From positions 1 through 61,940 of the IMG/VR virus record IMGVR_UViG_3300027645_000001: a stretch of DNA of 61,940 nt. One strand, written 5' to 3'. The position numbers and the translations under genes were made by a program. Below are positions 15,647 through 24,005 of this stretch, piece after piece. How positions within the stretch are numbered: position 1 is the first letter of the stretch; each line of letters begins with the position of its first letter. Source of the stretch: a virus. Below the pieces are notes generated by a model. It was not told where the DNA came from. It did not search any database and saw only the letters and a program-made list of their open reading frames with translations.

Positions 15647-15672
15647 GTGATGGAGTACGCTCCGAGGTGCCA

Positions 15673-16032
15673 ATGGAAACCCCGACCACCATCATCGATC
15701 ACATCCGAGCGCGTCTCGCCAATTGCACGCAGGCTGAACTGGCGCGTCAGATGGGCGTTTCCGATGCCTACGTGTCGGGTGTATTGTGCGGCACGATACC
15801 GCCAGGGCCGAAGATCGTCGCCGGCCTGGGGTTGGTCAAAATTGTGATGTACGTCCCAAATCCAGAAGGAAGCCAAGCGATGCCACCGAGCAAATCCCCG
15901 AAGCAGGCCCGCACGATGCGAGCGGCAGCCCACAACCCCCAATTCGCTAAAAAGGTCGGTATTCCTCAAAACGTCGCCAGGGACTTTGAAGCCGCCGACG
16001 AGGCCAAGGCAAAACCAAAAAAGCGCCGCTAA
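15673..16032 (+). CDS. HTH (Cro/C1-type) transcriptional regulator with a basic C-terminal extension
   Basis: GAGG lies 5 nt before ATG 15673. HTH segment CTQAELARQMGVSDAYVSGVL. Confidence 0.7.
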   Translation: METPTTIIDHIRARLANCTQAELARQMGVSDAYVSGVLCGTIPPGPKIVAGLGLVKIVMYVPNPEGSQAMPPSKSPKQARTMRAAAHNPQFAKKVGIPQNVARDFEAADEAKAKPKKRR

Positions 16033-16049
16033 GCGGCCCCGAGTTTTAC

Positions 16050-16373
16050 GTGGAACAGGGAAAATCCTACCGCGAGTTGCTGCTCGACCCGCGGTGGCAG
16101 CGGCGTCGCCTTGAAGTTCTAAATCGGGCAAAGTGGACGTGCGAAAAGTGTCGGGCGACGGATCGCACGTTGCACGTGCATCATCGGATCTATCATCGAA
16201 ATCATGCGCCGTGGGAATATACAGATGCCGAGCTGCAAGTGTTGTGTTGGGTTTGCCACGAGGAAATGGGCGATTGGCGCCAACGTATCGATGTAGCGCT
16301 TTGCCGGCTGGATTGGCTCTACTTTGAATCGGTGGCCTACTACATCGAAGATCTGGTCAGCCGGCAGCTTTAA
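16050..16373 (+). CDS. Small HNH-motif nuclease
   Basis: Motif CEKC...HVHHRIY...LCWVCHEEM. Confidence 0.7.
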   Translation: MEQGKSYRELLLDPRWQRRRLEVLNRAKWTCEKCRATDRTLHVHHRIYHRNHAPWEYTDAELQVLCWVCHEEMGDWRQRIDVALCRLDWLYFESVAYYIEDLVSRQL

Positions 16374-17191
16374 TGCGAGCCCGAAGCCTCAAACCTGGGT
16401 TTTTTAAAAACGTTGAGCTGGCCGATAAAGGCCCGCATGCGCAGCTGCTTTTTGCTGGCCTGTGGGGTGTCGCAGATCGCGAGGGTAGGCTCAAGGACGA
16501 GCCACGCAAGATTAAGGCTGAGTTGTTTCCTTATTACGATGTGGATGTTAACGAACTTCTAACCGTTATTGCATCGTTAGGCTTCATCCATCGGTACGTG
16601 GTCTCCGGGGTGCATTACGTGGAGGTGGCGAACTTCAAAAAACACCAGTCACCGCATAAAACAGAACGCGCGTCTGATCTTCCTGCGCGGCCAAAGGAAA
16701 GTGCTATAGAATCAGTTGATTACCTCGTGCAGCGTGATGTAACGATGGATGCACCGTTACCTAACGATGGAAATCGCTCTGACTCCGGACTCCTGACTCC
16801 CTCTTCACTGACTCATGACTCCAAGGAGATCAAGAACACGAAACGGCCACGTAAGCCGCGAAAGAGCGGTCGATCGTTCGATCCGGCCAGCGTGGCGAAC
16901 CTGAATCTGAAAGCCTGGGCCGACTACGTGAAGCACCGGGTGGACATCGGCAAGCGGCCAATGACCGACGAGGGGGCGTTGCTGCTTGCGGTTGAGTTGG
17001 CCGCGAAGGATACCGCAACGCAACAGGCGATGATCGATCAGACCCGCAAGAAGGGCTGGATTGGGGTGTTTCCCGTGGAACAATCCAACGGCTCGGGTGA
17101 TCGCAAGGCGTGGGTCGAGCCGCGAACGGTCGCGCAGATGGAGGCGGATGCTGCGGCGGCGCAGCAGGAGGGTGGCGATGCTCAGCACTGA
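16373..17191 (+). CDS. Replication-initiator / replisome-organizer-like protein
   Basis: N-terminal winged-helix-like LKPGFFKN..LA pattern, basic linker, C-terminal domain, and internal iterons (see 16740..16822). Confidence 0.5.
   Translation: MRARSLKPGFFKNVELADKGPHAQLLFAGLWGVADREGRLKDEPRKIKAELFPYYDVDVNELLTVIASLGFIHRYVVSGVHYVEVANFKKHQSPHKTERASDLPARPKESAIESVDYLVQRDVTMDAPLPNDGNRSDSGLLTPSSLTHDSKEIKNTKRPRKPRKSGRSFDPASVANLNLKAWADYVKHRVDIGKRPMTDEGALLLAVELAAKDTATQQAMIDQTRKKGWIGVFPVEQSNGSGDRKAWVEPRTVAQMEADAAAAQQEGGDAQH
16740..16822. repeat. Direct repeats: 2x TAACGATGGA (16740, 16762) then 5x (T/G)GACTC(C/A) (16780, 16787, 16794, 16809, 16816). Candidate ori iterons.
   Basis: Read directly. They lie in the interdomain linker-coding part of the initiator-like gene. 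Confidence 0.7.
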
Positions 17192-17759
17192 CCGGGAGGA
17201 GTTCGAGACATTGCTGGCGCGGCTGTGTGCCGCCTATGACCGACCGATGGGCGAGGCTCGAACCTCGGCGTACTGGACCGGGTTGGCGCACATGACGCTG
17301 ATCGACTTCGGTCGCGTGGTTGAGCACTGCCTGGGCGAACGTGGGCCGGAGAAGTTTCCGACCGTGCATGCGTGTTGGGAGTTTGCGCGGATGCTCAAGC
17401 CGGTGCGAGCGCTCGGTGCGATGGCGACAGCGAAGCGTGACGACGACGGCGAAGATGCGTGGCTGATTCGCGGCAATCTGCACTTACTGCGCTACATTCG
17501 CCGGCATGTGGCGGCGCGAGCAGGGCGTTACGGGCACGTGATCGGACGCGACCGGATCAGCATCTGCGGCACGCCGTCACGCGAGATGCACGAGCGCGTA
17601 CAGTGTCTCGTCGAAGCGAAAAACTCGTGGGTACTCGGCATGACGAGCGGTGAATCGCACGAGCCTGAAGCGCAGCAGGCGATGTGGAACGACCTGATGC
17701 AGACCGCAGAGTCTCGCATCGATGCGTTGATCGCTGGTACGTTGGCGTTGACCGCGTGA
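17178..17759 (+). CDS. Hypothetical protein, 193 aa (replication-module position)
   Basis: Track ORF 17061..17759 trimmed to MLSTDREEF, with GGAGG 8 nt upstream. Confidence 0.6.
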   Translation: MLSTDREEFETLLARLCAAYDRPMGEARTSAYWTGLAHMTLIDFGRVVEHCLGERGPEKFPTVHACWEFARMLKPVRALGAMATAKRDDDGEDAWLIRGNLHLLRYIRRHVAARAGRYGHVIGRDRISICGTPSREMHERVQCLVEAKNSWVLGMTSGESHEPEAQQAMWNDLMQTAESRIDALIAGTLALTA

Positions 17760-17965
17760 TGGACGCGGCGTGGTCAGCGATGGTTCGAGTTGCGAACAAT
17801 CACGCTGACATGAGCCGCTATCCGACACGGCGCAACGGCGTGCGTCACGATGGCGATCTGTTGGTGCCCGAGGATGCGTTCAGCGGCGCAAGTCTCGGCG
17901 ATGCATTCATCGCGATGCGCGACGCGCACGACCTGGCGACTGATCGCTGGAACACGGCCGAATGA
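17759..17965 (+). CDS. Hypothetical protein, 68 aa
   Basis: ATG in a TGATG overlap with the upstream stop. Confidence 0.5.
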   Translation: MDAAWSAMVRVANNHADMSRYPTRRNGVRHDGDLLVPEDAFSGASLGDAFIAMRDAHDLATDRWNTAE

Positions 17966-18234
17966 ACCGCTTGCAAGCCGAGCGCATCGAGTGGTTCGAG
18001 GGCTTTGCGCAGCGGCGCCTGGGCGTGGACTTCGCTCGCGGTTTGACCGACGTGAACGACCGGCGCGAGCTGATTCGTGCGGCGATCCTCGATGCCAAGC
18101 TCGCCGATGCGCAGCCCGGTAAGACGGGCGATACGCGCAGCTGGCGCGAGCTGTATCGGGCGGTTTACGAGCAGGATTTGACAATCGCGGTCTCACTGGC
18201 GGATGATGCGCCCGGGCCACGGAGACCGGCGTGA
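17962..18234 (+). CDS. Hypothetical protein, 90 aa
   Basis: Track ORF; ATGA overlap. Confidence 0.6.
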   Translation: MNRLQAERIEWFEGFAQRRLGVDFARGLTDVNDRRELIRAAILDAKLADAQPGKTGDTRSWRELYRAVYEQDLTIAVSLADDAPGPRRPA

Positions 18235-18407
18235 CGCGACCGATGACGAACAAGCAACGCGATCTGCAAATCGAGCTACTGCGACGCCGAGGCATGTCGC
18301 ACAAGCAAATCGCCGAGCAGCTCGGTGCGACAGCCACGACGGTCGCGAAAGTGCTCTCGCGCCGTGGCGTTGTCCGACCCTACCCGCGCAACCGGAAAGC
18401 AGCGTGA
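18231..18407 (+). CDS. Small HTH (LuxR/sigma-70 region-4-like) protein, 58 aa, hidden under a longer shadow ORF
   Basis: My translation: VTRPMTNKQRDLQIELLRRRGMSHKQIAEQLGATATTVAKVLSRRGVVRPYPRNRKAA. GTGA overlaps at both ends; GGAG upstream. Confidence 0.55.
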   Translation: MTRPMTNKQRDLQIELLRRRGMSHKQIAEQLGATATTVAKVLSRRGVVRPYPRNRKAA

Positions 18408-19327
18408 CGAAGTCGAAGTCCACGAAGCGCTCAACACCGACCAAAGCGGCCGGCAACAAGCTCGTGCGGCCGTCACAGATCAGCCTGCTGACACGAGCGA
18501 TTAACGCGGTCACAATGGCGCACAACGCGATGATGGCGAAGGTTGAGTACCTTGCGACCAGCGTTGCCAGATTGGCCTCGACGGTCGCACGCTTCGACGC
18601 TAGATTGCGGCAGCTTGAACCGCCGCCGCCGCACAGCGCCAATCCGCCACAATCGGACGATGCCGCTGCCGTTCGGGTAGCGGCGCTGACCGCCCAGATC
18701 GTCGGCCAGGATCGCTCGCCGTTGGGTCGCACATTGCCGTCGCAGATCGTCGATGCTGCTGAGAAACTTGCCGTCGAGAATGCGCAGCTCATCGCGAAGG
18801 TGCGGCGCGAGTTGCAAGCTGCTAACGCCGAGCTGGAACGCAGCCGTGATCGGGCGATGTTCGGCACGCCAGCCTCCTACGACGACTACTGGCGTGAAGC
18901 CGATTCGCACGGTCACGTCGTGCTGGTATCGCCTGGGTTAACCGAGGCTTGGAAGTCGTTTGTACGCGGCAATCGCGCGGGCAGTCTCGTCGAGGCCTTT
19001 GGCAGTGCAATCGCCGATCCCGCGGGTTGGCTCAACGATGCGCTCAAGTTGCCGCTGGATACGCCTTGGCCCAATGCGCTGGATCGCTGCCGAGCGCTGG
19101 TGAAAGCCGTCGCCGAGCGTGATGCTTTGACGGCGCAATCAGCGATGTTGGGCCGTCGTGTTGCCGAGCAGGACGCGGAGCTGGAGTTATTTCGCGAGCA
19201 GGTTCACAAGGCGCGTCGGATGCTCGGTGATCCTCGCACGATCGTCAGCGTCGGGACCAGTGATCCGCCGCAGTTGATCCCAGCCGTTCGTTCTGGAAAC
19301 TCCGACCACGCGCAGCCCGATCAGTGA
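18404..19327 (+). CDS. Coiled-coil hypothetical protein, 307 aa, with a C-terminal QLIP motif
   Basis: Track ORF 18203..19327 trimmed to the GTG at 18404 (VTKSKSTKRS...). The C-terminus reads DPPQLIPAVRSG. Confidence 0.55.
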   Translation: MTKSKSTKRSTPTKAAGNKLVRPSQISLLTRAINAVTMAHNAMMAKVEYLATSVARLASTVARFDARLRQLEPPPPHSANPPQSDDAAAVRVAALTAQIVGQDRSPLGRTLPSQIVDAAEKLAVENAQLIAKVRRELQAANAELERSRDRAMFGTPASYDDYWREADSHGHVVLVSPGLTEAWKSFVRGNRAGSLVEAFGSAIADPAGWLNDALKLPLDTPWPNALDRCRALVKAVAERDALTAQSAMLGRRVAEQDAELELFREQVHKARRMLGDPRTIVSVGTSDPPQLIPAVRSGNSDHAQPDQ

Positions 19328-19518
19328 CCGACGCACCTGGATTTCAGATTCGTTACCTGACACATGGTGGCGAGATTCTGCTGTCGCTTCCCATGCCCAC
19401 GACATTGCTCACATTCACGCCAGCGCAGGCGCGCGAGAACGCTGAACTTCTATGCAAACTCGCCGACGAATTGGAACCAAAAGACGCGCGGCGCGTTGCA
19501 ACCAAGCTCGCCTCATGA
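19324..19518 (+). CDS. Hypothetical protein, 64 aa
   Basis: Track ORF; GTGA overlap. Confidence 0.5.
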   Translation: MTDAPGFQIRYLTHGGEILLSLPMPTTLLTFTPAQARENAELLCKLADELEPKDARRVATKLAS

Positions 19519-19724
19519 CCGACGCGGCGCTCATCGCCGTGAGTCTTGGCGTTCCGACCCTCGCGTTCCTTGTCGGCATGTGGACCGCTCGCACGCTTTC
19601 GAATGCTGATGTTTGGCTTGCCGGTCACGAAGCCGGTTTTCATGCTGCCATCGAGTTATACCGGGAGCGTGCTGGGCTGTTGAAGAACGTTGCGCATTTC
19701 CCGAAGTTGAAGGCAGTCAAGTGA
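19515..19724 (+). CDS. Small membrane protein, 69 aa
   Basis: ATGA overlap; TM segment ALIAVSLGVPTLAFLVGMW. Confidence 0.55.
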   Translation: MTDAALIAVSLGVPTLAFLVGMWTARTLSNADVWLAGHEAGFHAAIELYRERAGLLKNVAHFPKLKAVK

Positions 19725-19879
19725 TCACCGAATGTGCAATACAGGGTCCACTGTTACCGTGGATAATCTTCGTGGCACTCGTGGCAGTCGGCTACTTCAC
19801 GCTTGGGATGTATGCCGAACGTGTACGCAACCGCCGGGCCATGCGTCGCGCTTCCAGCCATAAGGTGCCGAAGCGTTGA
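19721..19879 (+). CDS. Small membrane protein, 52 aa
   Basis: GTGA overlap; TM segment LLPWIIFVALVAVGYFTLGMY. Confidence 0.45.
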   Translation: MITECAIQGPLLPWIIFVALVAVGYFTLGMYAERVRNRRAMRRASSHKVPKR

Positions 19880-20505
19880 CGGACGCCGACGCGATCAAGG
19901 ACATTCGCATCTATCCCGACAAGGTGCTGCGTGCATCGTGTCAGTCGGTGGCGATTCACGATCAGAAAACCATGCATGATGTACAGCGATTGGTGGTGTG
20001 GCTCAAGGAGACGATGCGCGCGTTTCATGGCTACGGACTATCCGCGCCGCAGATCGGTGTGCCTGTACGAGTGTTCGTGGTGCATGTGCCGGATGAGATG
20101 CTCAATCCGCTGGTATTCGTGAACCCGGTGATCGTGTCTCGCCAGTTTGATCCGGTGGAGTTGAGTGAAGGCTGTCTATCGTTCCCAAGCGTGAGGGAAC
20201 CCGTATCGCGGCCCGAGTGTGTGCAGATTCAGTACAGCGATGACTTCAATCGTCACGACACGCATATCTTCGGCAAGTGGACGGCGCGCGCGATCTATCA
20301 CGAGATGGATCACATGGATGGCAAGCTCCTGGTCGATCACATGCTGCCGGCGGCCAAGCGCATGGTGGATCGTGCGATGGCGAAGTATGTGGCGGATCGC
20401 GACGAGAAGATCGCGAGCGCTGCACATCGCAATGAGGTGCGCGCGGCGAATCGGCAGAGGAAGCGGTTGCGGCTGGCCGAGCGATCGGTGGAGTTGGTCA
20501 AATGA
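19876..20505 (+). CDS. def: Peptide deformylase with a ~40-aa basic C-terminal extension
   Basis: All three PDF motifs are present: GYGLSAPQIG, EGCLSFP and HEMDHMDG. TTG start in a TTGA overlap. Confidence 0.9.
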   Translation: MTDADAIKDIRIYPDKVLRASCQSVAIHDQKTMHDVQRLVVWLKETMRAFHGYGLSAPQIGVPVRVFVVHVPDEMLNPLVFVNPVIVSRQFDPVELSEGCLSFPSVREPVSRPECVQIQYSDDFNRHDTHIFGKWTARAIYHEMDHMDGKLLVDHMLPAAKRMVDRAMAKYVADRDEKIASAAHRNEVRAANRQRKRLRLAERSVELVK

Positions 20506-20541
20506 CCCGCTTGAGGCCGAGATTGCGGCGCAGCGTGGTCA

Positions 20542-20811
20542 ATGAGCTGTGAGTCCACCTTTCGATGCGATCAGTGCGGCGGGGTGTGCTGCGCGCACTG
20601 TCCGAACGTGCCGACGTTCATGAACTGGATGGCGAAGAATCCTGCGACGGGCAATCTTGAGCCGGTGATGATCTGCTCGAAATGCCTCAACCTATTCATC
20701 GAGGGGATACTCGCCGCGAAGGTCGCCACGGCGGGCAAGGGTCAAGTCGCGGGGCGTTGCGCTTGGCACGAGCCGCTCGACGTCGAGCTTATTACGCGGC
20801 TCAGCCGATGA
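20542..20811 (+). CDS. Cys-rich zinc-binding-like protein, 89 aa
   Basis: Motif CDQCGGVCCAHC...CSKC. Confidence 0.6.
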   Translation: MSCESTFRCDQCGGVCCAHCPNVPTFMNWMAKNPATGNLEPVMICSKCLNLFIEGILAAKVATAGKGQVAGRCAWHEPLDVELITRLSR

Positions 20812-21071
20812 CTACGGAACGCAACCATAAAAAGCGACTTGGCACCTACGTCCGGAATTTTCCGGAGGATTTGCAGGCTCAGAAACGGCTAGACGCGATG
20901 ATCGGCCATACTGCATTAGAGGGACATTTGGCGAACATCTCGGCGTCCGCTATGCGCAGGCAGAATAAACGTGATAATGAGGCTGCATCGGTCAAGGGTA
21001 GCCTTTTGGGCAGCGAGGAACGACGCCTACAGAAAACACGCCATTGGCTGCCCATCAAGACAGTGCCGTGA
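20808..21071 (+). CDS. Hypothetical protein, 87 aa (low-GC island)
   Basis: ATGA overlap; trimmed from track ORF 20682..21071. Confidence 0.5.
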   Translation: MTTERNHKKRLGTYVRNFPEDLQAQKRLDAMIGHTALEGHLANISASAMRRQNKRDNEAASVKGSLLGSEERRLQKTRHWLPIKTVP

Positions 21072-21298
21072 AAGTTGGTGATTATTGTATAGGCGTCAAG
21101 CCGAAGAACAAACCTGACAATAATGGCATGGACGGTGTTGTAGTTCTGATTATACGTCCTAAACGGCGTAGACGGTTCAGCGATGGAAAGGTGAAAATGT
21201 CCTATATAATACAGCGTGATGGCGATAAGCGAGAATACCGCGCGTTGCCGTCATGGCTCAAGCCATTGCCAGTCTACAGGAACCGAAGCCATGACTGA
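21068..21298 (+). CDS. Hypothetical protein, 76 aa (low-GC island)
   Basis: GTGA overlap; trimmed from 21044..21298. Confidence 0.5.
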   Translation: MKVGDYCIGVKPKNKPDNNGMDGVVVLIIRPKRRRRFSDGKVKMSYIIQRDGDKREYRALPSWLKPLPVYRNRSHD

Positions 21299-21476
21299 GT
21301 TTATGATGCGTCGATGCATTCGCATCCGTATCCCTGAGTGGCGCGCCGCAGGGTTTATTCTGAGATGCGAACATCGCCGTCCTGCGCAGTGGATCAGACA
21401 CCCTCAATCTTGGATTGCAGAATATATCCGCGTCGGTCAGAGGCAGGCGACTGGAGTGAGAAGTGGGTACGAATGA
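21291..21476 (+). CDS. Hypothetical protein, 61 aa (low-GC island)
   Basis: ATGACTGA overlap; trimmed from 21216..21476. Confidence 0.4.
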   Translation: MTEFMMRRCIRIRIPEWRAAGFILRCEHRRPAQWIRHPQSWIAEYIRVGQRQATGVRSGYE

Positions 21477-21660
21477 TGAGGCGAAAGAAAAGTTCGCAGC
21501 CGCAATGGCCAGGCCATGTTTGTTATGCGGGCACCCTATGGGTAAACACGTCGCTCCGCCTTACAACGAACAGTGCGAACAGGTAGGAAATATGGGTTTG
21601 CTTTGCCCCCCGTCAGGGGCGGAAGAATCAGCTATTGACCCCAATGGCCAGCAAACATGA
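21463..21660 (+). CDS. Hypothetical Cys-containing protein, 65 aa
   Basis: Track ORF; GTG start. Confidence 0.45.
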   Translation: MGTNDEAKEKFAAAMARPCLLCGHPMGKHVAPPYNEQCEQVGNMGLLCPPSGAEESAIDPNGQQT

Positions 21661-21730
21661 ATGACGTACGCCGGTGGACGATGTTATTTCAGCGCGAAAA
21701 TAACGTTGAAACTGTATCCGTGGTGCAACA

Positions 21731-22114
21731 ATGGTGAAGAAATCGAAACAGCAATCAGACGACGAAGCCAAGCAAAAAGGCCAGAGCAGCAAGGGTCGTC
21801 GCGGCGCCGGCGGGTCGGCAATGACCCATACCTACGTCGTCATGGAGCTGTCCATCGAAGCCTATAGCGAGATCAGGGCCGCAATGCTGCAAGCTGGCTA
21901 CGAGCACGCGATTGACTCCAAGAACGGCGAGATCGACATGCACGGGATTGCGGTTCAGGTACGTGAGGCCGACAACATGGCGTTGGAACCAGGCGATCCA
22001 TCAGTTCCCGGTCTCTACACCAAGCGCATTTATCCATGCGGCTGCAAAGCTGAAGGTCCAGGAGACGTGCCTAACTACTGCTCCGAGCACGGCCATGCTA
22101 CGAATCAGCGCTGA
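21731..22114 (+). CDS. Hypothetical protein, 127 aa
   Basis: Track ORF; the start is uncertain (MTHTYVV is an alternative). Confidence 0.55.
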   Translation: MVKKSKQQSDDEAKQKGQSSKGRRGAGGSAMTHTYVVMELSIEAYSEIRAAMLQAGYEHAIDSKNGEIDMHGIAVQVREADNMALEPGDPSVPGLYTKRIYPCGCKAEGPGDVPNYCSEHGHATNQR

Positions 22115-22601
22115 TGATCCGCTCGCGCAAGGTCTGTTCACTCCGAAAGAGCTTGCCGGCGTCAGGAAGCTGCAGCGTCGAAAGCGTGGCAAACGCGCCG
22201 GTCAGCTTACAGACGTACAGCAAATTGAGTTGGGACTCGAGCTGCGCGGACTGGTCGGCTTTTCTCGCGAATACGCGTTCGCGTTGGATCTGGGGCGGCG
22301 ATGGCGCTTTGACTTTGCGTGGGTGGCGCTGAAGCTCGCCGTCGAGTTCGAGGGCTTAGTGATCCAGCGCGTCAACGGCCAAGCGATTCTTCGCGGCCGG
22401 CACGCTACGCGCCAGGGCATTCGCGAGGACATGGAGAAATACAACGCCGCGGGTATGATGGGCTGGACGGTGCTGCGTTACGAGCAGGACCTGGTCAAGC
22501 ACGGCGCTGTCTATCGCGACGTCGAGGACTTTCTGATCACGCACGGAGTCAAGGTATGTCGTCCCCAGACCCAACTGTCAACGGCGGTGCCGGATCTGTA
22601 G
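22095..22601 (+). CDS. PD-(D/E)XK nuclease, Vsr/DUF559-like
   Basis: Trimmed to MLRISADDP. Motifs RWRFDFAW, LAVEFEG and H..R.G...D..K.N.....GW.VLR. Confidence 0.5.
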   Translation: MLRISADDPLAQGLFTPKELAGVRKLQRRKRGKRAGQLTDVQQIELGLELRGLVGFSREYAFALDLGRRWRFDFAWVALKLAVEFEGLVIQRVNGQAILRGRHATRQGIREDMEKYNAAGMMGWTVLRYEQDLVKHGAVYRDVEDFLITHGVKVCRPQTQLSTAVPDL

Positions 22602-23134
22602 CCCAGCGGGCCGCCGCGAGCGCGCCCGAGAGTGTGCCTCCCGAGATGGTCGAGGACTTGGAAGCCCTCGTCAACGTCGCTTTCGCCGAGCAGTTCGGCG
22701 GCTGGGAGAGGATTGTCGAGCGTGCGGCCGATGGCGGCCAGCAGTGGGCCGAGAAGCAAAACGATGGCTCGTTGGGTCCGCCGACTGCCATCGAGAAGAT
22801 GCCGCCGGTCAAAGGCACCGAGTTCGCGCTCATGGAGTGGCTCGACCAGCTCGTGAGCATGCTCAATCATGGAGTATCGGACGATGAGATCGTGGTGTGG
22901 TCAATGCAGCGCACGGCGCGCCAGGGCCTTGAGGGTGAGCCGATGTTCGTGTGCGCGATCCACGTGGCCAAACGCGAGCGCCAGATGATGGCCCCGACAA
23001 CGATCGGCAAGGGCGCATCGAACGATGCGGGGTTTGCGATTGCGATCGCAATGCTCGCCGCGCAGGGGGTTCGCGAGCGCGAGCTGGCGATCATGCACCG
23101 CGATCTCTACGCGTACCGCTACCTGGTGGGTTGA
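22556..23134 (+). CDS. Hypothetical protein, 192 aa
   Basis: Trimmed from 22319..23134 to MSSPDPT, with GGAG upstream. Confidence 0.55.
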   Translation: MSSPDPTVNGGAGSVAQRAAASAPESVPPEMVEDLEALVNVAFAEQFGGWERIVERAADGGQQWAEKQNDGSLGPPTAIEKMPPVKGTEFALMEWLDQLVSMLNHGVSDDEIVVWSMQRTARQGLEGEPMFVCAIHVAKRERQMMAPTTIGKGASNDAGFAIAIAMLAAQGVRERELAIMHRDLYAYRYLVG

Positions 23135-23156
23135 CGTGTCAAACCGCAGGCTAGTC

Positions 23157-23354
23157 ATGGACGTGAAAGCCAGCGGCGAGGACTCGATGCTCTCGCGTTA
23201 CTTTGACGCCGAGCGATACGAAATCACGGGAGATCGCGTCCAGGTAGCATGCCAGTGCGGACAGCATGACCTGGCGATACGCGGCGCAGGGATTGTGCAC
23301 TGCCCAACAGATGGCGCAGTTATCGGGAAGCTGGACTGGGTGCAGACAGAGTAA
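23157..23354 (+). CDS. Hypothetical protein, 65 aa
   Basis: Trimmed from 23025..23354; an alternative GTG start is at 23136. Confidence 0.45.
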   Translation: MDVKASGEDSMLSRYFDAERYEITGDRVQVACQCGQHDLAIRGAGIVHCPTDGAVIGKLDWVQTE

Positions 23355-23356
23355 TC

Positions 23357-23671
23357 ATGGGCCCGTACCTATTTGTCGGTGGCAGCCATGACGGCGAGTG
23401 GATTCCGGTGCGGGCGATCAACCCGGAAGCGGCAATGCCTGAACCAGTATCTGAATGGAATTTCCCCACCCTGCAACAGGTAGCGGCGTCGCCAATTGAA
23501 CGCCGGCCGGCTGGAATGACGGTCGGTAAAGAGACCTACATTCGCCAGCGCTGGGCCGCGGAAGGAGCGGACGTGTGGCTATACGCCATCCACAGCATGC
23601 GCCCGATTGCCGTGCTTGGAAGGCTCGCGAAGTTCTATCGACCGCCAGTGTTCGCGGGAGCGCCAGCATGA
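23357..23671 (+). CDS. Hypothetical protein, 104 aa
   Basis: Track ORF. Confidence 0.6.
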   Translation: MGPYLFVGGSHDGEWIPVRAINPEAAMPEPVSEWNFPTLQQVAASPIERRPAGMTVGKETYIRQRWAAEGADVWLYAIHSMRPIAVLGRLAKFYRPPVFAGAPA

Positions 23672-23832
23672 CGCGCTGGCAGTGGAAACCGCACATTTGG
23701 AAGCGTGACGGTTGGTGGCACTGTGCCATCGCTTCTGACATTTGCGACAAAGTCGGCGTGTCCTCGACGCCTAAAGCCGCGTTCATGAAATGGATCATTG
23801 AAAACGGCCTTTGTCCGCCGAAGGCCGCATGA
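23668..23832 (+). CDS. Small Trp/Cys-rich protein, 54 aa (paralog A)
   Basis: MTRWQWKPHIWKRDGWWHCAIASDICDKVGVSSTPKAAFMKWI.... ATGA overlap. Confidence 0.5.
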   Translation: MTRWQWKPHIWKRDGWWHCAIASDICDKVGVSSTPKAAFMKWIIENGLCPPKAA

Positions 23833-24005
23833 AAGCGCAAAAGGACGAGCACGGTCACGAGATTGTCGCCAAGACGGTAGACGTCCGCGATCGTAGCGGC
23901 CAGCTTTACCGGGAAACGTGGGACGTGAGAAGTGACGAGCCTGTGCTGCTTATGCGTGTCAAGATGCGCGATCCGCCCGGCTCATTGCACGCCAAGCGCC
24001 AGTGA
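23829..24005 (+). CDS. Hypothetical protein, 58 aa
   Basis: ATGA overlap; trimmed from 23811..24005. Confidence 0.45.
   Translation: MKAQKDEHGHEIVAKTVDVRDRSGQLYRETWDVRSDEPVLLMRVKMRDPPGSLHAKRQ

Noticed and set aside
18203-18403. N-terminal 67 codons of the 374-aa track ORF 18203..19327
   Set aside because: That stretch is Arg/Ala-rich shadow sequence. Another frame holds a clean 58-aa HTH ORF (18231..18407) with GTGA overlaps at both ends, so the long gene most likely starts at the GTG at 18404.
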